Below are positions 17,775 through 22,710 of a DNA stretch of 22,710 nt, piece after piece. Under the pieces are notes generated by a model. It did not search any database, had not been told where the DNA came from, and saw only the letters and a list, made by a program, of their open reading frames with translations. The stretch is from Candidatus Methylomirabilia bacterium (lineage in GTDB: Bacteria; Methylomirabilota; Methylomirabilia; Rokubacteriales; CSP1-6). The stretch covers positions 1 through 22,710 of the forward strand of contig JBHIBG010000040.1 of the NCBI GenBank assembly GCA_046758965.1, read 5' to 3'. A program made the position numbers and the translations under genes. The number at the start of each line of letters is the position of its first letter. Within the stretch, counting starts at the first letter, position 1.

Positions 17775-17949
17775 GCGCCCTCAGCACCCTGATGAGTGCC
17801 AACACCTCTTGCTGCCGAGGCCCCGGCTCCAAGTGAAGACCGTCAGAGGTCGCCCGGTAGCCATACGCGGCCACCCGCGTATACCGGTGCCCGAGTGCGT
17901 TGAGCTGTGCCAGGGCATCGGACGTCTTCTCCCCGATCAGCCGCCGGTA
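17775..17949 (-). pseudogene. Serine recombinase (resolvase) fragment
   Basis: RRLIGEKTSDALAQLNALGHRYTRVAAYGYRATSDGLHLEPGPRQQEVLALIRVLRA resembles helix E (ERxxIxERTxxAL) plus the PYGY..LxPxxxEQxV segment. Confidence 0.6.
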
Positions 17950-17952
17950 GGG

Positions 17953-18129
17953 CTCAGCGACCTGAGGCGTGCCGCGGTGCGCAACATGGAGCGCGCGCGG
18001 GTCCCCAGATCGGTGGCGATGAGGATGGTCGGCCAGATGAGTGAGGCGATCTACCGACGCTACGCTATCGTGGATGGGGCCATGCTGCGCGAGGGGGCCG
18101 AGAAGCTGGCCCGGGCCGAGCAGGGCAAA
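17953..18129 (+). pseudogene. Tyrosine integrase C-terminal fragment
   Basis: LSDLRRAAVRNMERARVPRSVAMRMVGQMSEAIYRRYAIVD: degenerate HDLRR box (H to S), GH to GQ, catalytic Tyr retained. Confidence 0.8.
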
Positions 18130-18140
18130 GTCGGGCGAGG

Positions 18141-18181
18141 GGAGCGTCCGGCTCGAACCCACGACCTGCTGATTACGAATC
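18141..18181 (-). other. 3'-half remnant of tRNA-Thr(CGT), probable att junction
   Basis: Minus strand reads GA-TTCGTAA-TCAGC-AGGTC-GTGGG-TTCGAG...GCTCC: anticodon loop with CGT, variable loop and T-arm start; 5' half absent. Confidence 0.7.
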
Positions 18182-18286
18182 GTCTCAGGACCAAACTGAG
18201 CAGACCCAAGACGATCTATTCCCGCGAGAACCCGAGCAGGAGGAGTAAGCGATGGTGCTCTTGGGCTCTCTCAGTGCGGGGTGGAA

Positions 18287-18330
18287 TGGTAGCAGCGCGG
18301 TAGCAAGAAACTGCTACCATCGTGCTACCA
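18287..18330. repeat. Paired GGTAGCA/TGCTACC repeats, candidate integrase arm-type sites
   Basis: GGTAGCA-gcgc-GGTAGCA-agaaac-TGCTACC-atcg-TGCTACC: two direct pairs at 11-bp period in inverted arrangement. Confidence 0.65.
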
Positions 18331-18460
18331 AAAAAGTCAGCAGGACACCCATCGCCTCGTCGCGTGAGGCCAATGATCCACGCCGACACTCACCCGGCCA
18401 ACATGTTGATTGGTCGTCGGCTGCGCGCTCGCCATCTCCGTACTGGCTCCCTGTAAATCG

Positions 18461-18655
18461 GACCTCTTGCGAGCCTTCGAGCTTGACGTGCGCGCTTGCC
18501 CCCGCTGTGGCGGCCGCATGCGCCTGATCGCGACCATCGAGGATCTCCGGGTCATTCACCAGGTCCTCGTCCACATAGGGCTCCCGACCGAGATTCCCCA
18601 GCCCCGGCCCCCGCCGGCTCGTGCCGCTGACCTTTTCTGCGACATCCCAGGCTGA
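18461..18655 (+). mobile_element. IS91/ISCR-like (Y2) transposase C-terminal remnant
   Basis: LLRAFELDVRACPRCGGRMRLIATIEDLRVIHQVLVHIGLPTEIPQPRPPPAR matches the C-terminal zinc-binding tail of IS91-family transposases. Confidence 0.75.
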
Positions 18656-18782
18656 CCGCTCCTCTGCCGGAACGCAGCTCTCGGCGCCCCACGCTGCCGC
18701 CGAGCCGGCGGAGCCATGCCCCTCGTACGGCTCCTGAGGGGTCCATCCCCTCCTCGCAGCCGGGTGCCCCTCGGTCATCTCC

Positions 18783-18812
18783 TTGACGGGCTCGTTATCC
18801 GTGCCGTACCAT
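18783..18812 (+). promoter_or_regulatory. Candidate outward-facing sigma70 promoter downstream of the IS91-like remnant
   Basis: TTGACG-N18-TACCAT oriented toward the 19.3-21.5 kb operon. Confidence 0.45.
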
Positions 18813-18939
18813 CCGGGTCAGGGTCAGGTGGCCCCCGTACCGTCCGGGGTCAGAGCAGGGGGAGCAGGGGGCTCGGCTCCTGGAGCGGGGGCCGTCAGCG
18901 TGGGCGGGAATGGGTGACAAGGCCTTTTATATCGGCTAC

Positions 18940-19185
18940 GAGGACGGCCCGGGGCGGATCGCTGAGTACATCGAGCATCGGCTCATGCGCGAGCGACAGA
19001 TTCTCCAAGCGCTCGGCGGCGGGCTCGTGAGGATCCCCGACATGGTCGAGCGCATCTACGTGGAGGTCCCGCGGAATCTCCACCGGACCGCCGCGATGTC
19101 GGTGGAGTCGCATCTCAAGAAGCTTGCGAGGGAAGGGCCGGTGCGGGAGCGCCGCGAGCCCGACGCGCTGGGAGTTGCTCTGCTC
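18940..19185 (+). pseudogene. C-terminal remnant of a LACTB2-like metallo-beta-lactamase-fold protein (winged-helix tail)
   Basis: EDGPGRIAEYIEHRLMRERQILQAL...MVERIYVEVPRNLHRTAAMSVESHLKKLAREG; the HxHxDH core is missing and the 3' end appears frameshifted. Confidence 0.7.
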
Positions 19186-19301
19186 AGACGCGCGACCGCG
19201 CTCGACACGCATGGGGCTCTCGAAGGCGAGGATGGATCGAGATCGGACCGCCCAGCCCGCAGGCTTGACGGCGCGGCAGGAGGCGGGCTACAAGGACCGC
19301 G

Positions 19302-19766
19302 ATGATCCCCGATCGGGTCGTCGAGGTCCTGCACGGCCCCGCCATCATGTTTGTCGGGACCCGGGACGCCGGGCTCCGCCCCGCACATACGTGGGCGGTC
19401 GCCGCCGTCGTGCACGACGACCGCCGGACGGTCACCTTCTTCGTCCCCGAGAGTCGCTCCGCGAGGCTCCTGAGCGACCTCCGGGACAACGGCCGGGTCG
19501 CGTTCGACTTCGGCTGGGTCAGCCACGAGGCGTATCAGCTCAAGGGGGCCTATCTCTCCTCGCGCCCGACCACGGACGAGGACGTCGCCCGGCAGGAGGC
19601 GTACCGGAGGAAGTTCCTCGCGGCAGTCCGGCAGGTCTACCCGGAAGAGATCGCCAGGCCACTCGCGCTCGGGTTCGCGTACAACCCTGGCGTGGCCGTG
19701 ACCTTCCGCGTGGAGGAGGTCTTTCTCCAGACGCCCGGCCCCGGCGCCGGCACCAGGATGGCGTAG
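19302..19766 (+). CDS. Pyridoxamine 5'-phosphate oxidase-like (FMN-binding split-barrel) protein
   Basis: MFVGTRDAGLRP, LSDLRDNGRVAFDF, HEAYQLKG, VEEVFLQTPGPGAG; AAGGA RBS. Confidence 0.82.
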   Translation: MIPDRVVEVLHGPAIMFVGTRDAGLRPAHTWAVAAVVHDDRRTVTFFVPESRSARLLSDLRDNGRVAFDFGWVSHEAYQLKGAYLSSRPTTDEDVARQEAYRRKFLAAVRQVYPEEIARPLALGFAYNPGVAVTFRVEEVFLQTPGPGAGTRMA

Positions 19767-19776
19767 CGGGTCGCGT

Positions 19777-20220
19777 ATGGCGATCTTGCCCGAAGAGATC
19801 AAGGCGGCGATGCAGGGGGTCATCCCCTCGCACGTCGTGACCTGCGCCGCCGACGGCACGCCGAACGCGACCGCGATCTCGCAGGTCTACCACATCGACC
19901 CAGAGCATGTCGCACTCTCCCACCAGTTCTTCAACAAGACCGTCCGTAACGTGCGCGAGAACCCGCGGGCCATGGTGTGGGTCATCAGCCCCGAGACGCT
20001 CGACGCCTGGGACCTGGAGGTCGAGTTCGACCACGCCGAGACCAACGGGCCGGTATTCGAAGCCCTAGACATGCAGATCGAAGCCATCGCCTCGATCGTC
20101 GGGCTCAAGGGGATCTTCAAGCTCAAGTCCGCCGACATCTACCGCGTGCTCTCCGTCACGAAGAACGTCGGCGAGCGCATCCCCCTGCCGGACATCGTCG
20201 AGCCCGGCGGCGAGCGCTGA
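19777..20220 (+). CDS. Pyridoxamine 5'-phosphate oxidase-like (split-barrel) protein
   Basis: GVIPSHVVTCAADGTPN, ALSHQFFNKTVRNVRENPRA; 10 nt from the previous stop. Confidence 0.85.
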   Translation: MAILPEEIKAAMQGVIPSHVVTCAADGTPNATAISQVYHIDPEHVALSHQFFNKTVRNVRENPRAMVWVISPETLDAWDLEVEFDHAETNGPVFEALDMQIEAIASIVGLKGIFKLKSADIYRVLSVTKNVGERIPLPDIVEPGGER

Positions 20221-20237
20221 GGCGCACAGGGCCCCCG

Positions 20238-21533
20238 GTGGCCGCCGAGCGTACCGACCCCCAGCCGCTCCGGGAGCAGATCGCCCAGAACCAGCGAACG
20301 ATCGACCGGCTGAACCGCAACCTCGCCCGGAAGTCCGACGAGGTCCGGATCATCCAGCAGATCTCTCAGGAGATCACCTCCACGCTGGACCTCGACGAGG
20401 TCCTCGGGATCGTCCTCCGCGCGATGGAGCGGGTGCTGGGCTTCGAGCATTCGATGATCCTCCTCAAGGACCTGGCTGCGGACCGGCTGCGGCTGGCCGC
20501 GAGCCGCGGCTACGAGCCGAGCGGCGTTGGCGTCGAGGTCGCCTTCGGCGAGGGCGTCATCGGCGTGGTCGCCACTCACCGGAAGATGATGCGCGTGGGG
20601 AATGTCGGCGCCAGCGTCGCCTACCTCCGGAGCGTCCGGGCGCGGCTGGAGGCGGCGGGCCAGGTTGTGCCCGGCGGCGAGACCGCCGCGCTGCCCGGCC
20701 TCCCGAACGTCCAGAGTCAGCTCGCGCTACCACTCCTCGTCAAGGACCGCGTGGTCGGTGTCCTCGCGGTGGAGAGCCCGCGGCCTAACGCCTTCGACGA
20801 GCTGGACGAGATCCTCCTCGGGATCGTGAGCAACCAGGCGGCGACCGCGATCGACAACGCCCGGACCTATCAGATGGTGGAGAGCCTCAGCCGGCTCAAG
20901 CGCTTCTTCTCGCCGCAGCTCGCCGAGGCGATCGTTACCGGCGGCGCCGACGACCCGCTCAAGACCCACCGCCGGGAGGTGACGGTTGTCTTCCTCGACC
21001 TCCGCGGATTCACTGCGTTCGCGGAGACGGCGGAGCCCGAGGAGGTCATGGGCGTTCTCCGCGAGTACCACGCGGAGATGGGCAAGCTCATCCTCGTGCA
21101 CGACGGCACGCTCGAGCGCTTCACGGGTGACGGCATGATGATCTTCTTCAACGACCCAGTGCTGGTGCCCGACCCGGCCGAGCGCGCCATGCGCATGGCG
21201 GTAGCGATGCGCGACCTAGTGGCGGCGATGATCGGCCGGTGGCGCAAGCGTGGCTACGACCTTGGTCTGGGCGTCGGCATCGCGCAGGGCTACGCGACCA
21301 TCGGCGCCATTGGCTTCGAGGGCCGCTGGGACTACGGCGCCATCGGCACCGTCACGAACCTCGCGGCCCGCCTCTGTGGCGAGGCCCAGCCCGGGCAGAT
21401 CCTCATCTCGGCGCGCGTTGCCTCGGGCGTGGAGGATCTCGTCGAGACGGAGGAGGTCGGGGCGCTCACGCTCAAAGGCTTCGCACGGCCGGTTCCCGCC
21501 TTCAACCTCCTGCGGCTAAAGACGCCCGCCTGA
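20238..21533 (+). CDS. GAF domain + class III adenylate/guanylate cyclase
   Basis: Coiled-coil, GAF (TLDLDEVL, GEGVIGVVA, SQLALPLLVKDRVVGVLAVES, NQAATAIDNA), cyclase motifs VFLDLRGFT, ERFTGDG, DYGAIGTVTNLAARL, LKG; GTG start at 20238 is inferred (ORF-track start 19977 overlaps the previous gene). Confidence 0.92.
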   Translation: MAAERTDPQPLREQIAQNQRTIDRLNRNLARKSDEVRIIQQISQEITSTLDLDEVLGIVLRAMERVLGFEHSMILLKDLAADRLRLAASRGYEPSGVGVEVAFGEGVIGVVATHRKMMRVGNVGASVAYLRSVRARLEAAGQVVPGGETAALPGLPNVQSQLALPLLVKDRVVGVLAVESPRPNAFDELDEILLGIVSNQAATAIDNARTYQMVESLSRLKRFFSPQLAEAIVTGGADDPLKTHRREVTVVFLDLRGFTAFAETAEPEEVMGVLREYHAEMGKLILVHDGTLERFTGDGMMIFFNDPVLVPDPAERAMRMAVAMRDLVAAMIGRWRKRGYDLGLGVGIAQGYATIGAIGFEGRWDYGAIGTVTNLAARLCGEAQPGQILISARVASGVEDLVETEEVGALTLKGFARPVPAFNLLRLKTPA

Positions 21534-21770
21534 CCCCGAGTGCCGCGTCCGGGAGGCCCGCGATCGGGGCGCGCTTCCTGGTGTTCCGACTCAGTTCGTG
21601 ACCTGCTGCGCGGGGTGGGGCGGACGCTCCCCCGGAACCGTGGCTTCTGCGGGTCGTCGAAGCCGGAGCGCTCCGTATCGTGGCCCCATCGAGTGGCCGC
21701 ATCGTGCGGCGAGGCAGCGCGTTCCGGGGGCGTCCCCCCCGCCTCGCCCCGCCCCGCATTCTGCACAAAG

Positions 21771-21809
21771 GACGGGACTCGACCCATGAACCTGCTGATT
21801 GGCAGTCAG
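21771..21809 (-). other. Second, more degenerate tRNA 3'-half remnant (candidate att junction)
   Basis: Minus strand CTGA-CTGCCAA-TCAGCAGGT-TCATGGGTCGAGTCCCGTC; shares AATCAGCAGGT and T-arm-like GGGT(T)CGAG with the 18141-18181 remnant in the same orientation. Confidence 0.5.
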
Positions 21810-21853
21810 AACCGCGTTGCAGATCCCCGTGAAATTGGAGACTTCCAATACGC

Positions 21854-21871
21854 TGCTACCAGGGTGCTACC
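21854..21871 (+). repeat. TGCTACC direct pair, candidate arm-type sites
   Basis: TGCTACC-aggg-TGCTACC, 11-bp period, same motif as 18312-18330. Confidence 0.55.
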
Positions 21872-22048
21872 GTTCACCGGCGTGGTATCACGTGACCTTC
21901 CTCGAACCCGTGTTCCTGGATTGAGAGTGCCTCGAAGGCCCTTTATGCCCAGTTAGGGGAAGTTTGGAGAAGTACCGAAACCCCGCGTCAGATCAGGCTT
22001 TTCTCCTTTCCCGCATTCCGGTCCGATCTGGGGGAGTTCGACCTATTT

Positions 22049-22088
22049 TGGCTACCGGTGGCTACTCCTTGGCTACCCGGTGACTACC
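22049..22088 (+). repeat. Four tandem TG(G/A)CTAC(C/T) repeats
   Basis: TGGCTACC (22049), TGGCTACT (22059), TGGCTACC (22070), TGACTACC (22081); 10-11 bp period. Confidence 0.6.
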
Positions 22089-22710
22089 AAACCTCTCCCC
22101 CCGTTCGCGCTCCTGCTCGGGATGGGTCCCGCCAGCCCAAAAGGGGAGCCAGAAAATTTGCGGGCCGTGAAAAAAAAGCGCGTGAGCCCGGCCCGACTAT
22201 CGCTCGTACCGTGAGCATCGGTCTTCTAATCGAGCCCGTCCCTTTTCACTCATAGCGCGTCGTCACGCTCCGTCATCATCGGTGCCTGATGTGACGCGGA
22301 CTTCGCCGACGCTCCCGCAGGGGCGCGTTGATACCCAAGGTGATGAAGTGGCACCGTCCGTGACCAGGAACTTAGACTAAACTTGGACTCCCAAGCGGGG
22401 TAGTGCCCGAACTACACCAGCGGTGAGGAGACAGTACCAACCTACTCATTAAGAGTCCAGCCCAGGACCCGTGTATCCAGGAGCAACACTTGAAGTCTAG
22501 CTTCGAGGCCGCCGCCTAAACCGTGTTTCGTCATGGTTACGTTTTCGCCAGGCTTGTCGCCAGCTTTTAGCGCGTAAACTCCGCAAAGAATCGACGAGAC
22601 GAGAACGCAAGGATGAAGCTCCCTAAGACAACCGTACCCGTGATCCTCGACCGGTGATTCCCGGTCCGAATCACCGCCTGGATTTGCAGAGTGCTATACG
22701 AAGCCCGGAA

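Noticed and set aside
18141..18181. Functional tRNA gene
   Set aside because: The acceptor 5' strand and D-arm are absent and the T-stem 3' side is disrupted; kept only as a remnant
17734..18303. 189-aa ORF as an intact integrase
   Set aside because: Only ~60 aa resemble an integrase, catalytic His residues are lost, and the rest reads through resolvase antisense and the tRNA remnant
19977..20237. N-terminal extension of the cyclase ORF given by the ORF track
   Set aside because: Low-complexity Arg-rich translation overlapping the second split-barrel gene in another frame
18940..21533. Pycsar/CBASS-like anti-phage system (cyclase near an MBL-fold gene)
   Set aside because: The cyclase has GAF-sensor architecture, there is no TIR/TM cyclic-nucleotide-binding effector, and the MBL is a LACTB2-type truncated remnant
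21588..21608. Possible third tRNA remnant (GACTC..CGTGACCTGCTG)
   Set aside because: The match is too short, with no anticodon arm or T-loop; compatible with chance
22049..22088. CRISPR array
   Set aside because: Repeats are 8 bp with 2-3 bp spacers and there are no cas genes

Overview
GC-rich bacterial window. Gene content (double-zinc-ribbon cyclase fragment, 'GLTIPP..RA..VIE' ABC substrate-binding fragments) is reminiscent of Ca. Rokubacteria/Methylomirabilota; this is inference only. Left part (1-8.9 kb): partial alpha/beta hydrolase, DUF748/OmpA-like protein, DJ-1/PfpI and DinB genes divergent from a ketopantoate-reductase-family gene, a shattered tam remnant, and an nfeD-floA-small membrane protein operon. 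A visibly AT-richer cassette (~8.98-12.5 kb) encodes a GT4 glycosyltransferase and a GH15 glycoside hydrolase directly upstream of nfeD. Middle (12.5-17.7 kb): a REP-like hairpin, two divergent ribbon-helix-helix-like ORFs around an AT-rich promoter, a lipoprotein, a small membrane protein, a fatty-acid desaturase with an in-frame TAG at codon 14, a FAH-family gene, a tandem-EthD gene and several gene fragments. Right part (17.7-22.7 kb): a decayed integration hotspot with serine-recombinase, tyrosine-integrase and IS91-like fragments, two co-oriented tRNA 3'-half remnants and TGCTACC/TGGCTACC repeat clusters. The two remnants bracket an intact-looking three-gene module: two PNPOx-like split-barrel proteins plus a GAF-class III nucleotide cyclase. 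That module is the best candidate for an uncharacterised signalling system. No intact tRNA/rRNA gene or CRISPR array was seen.
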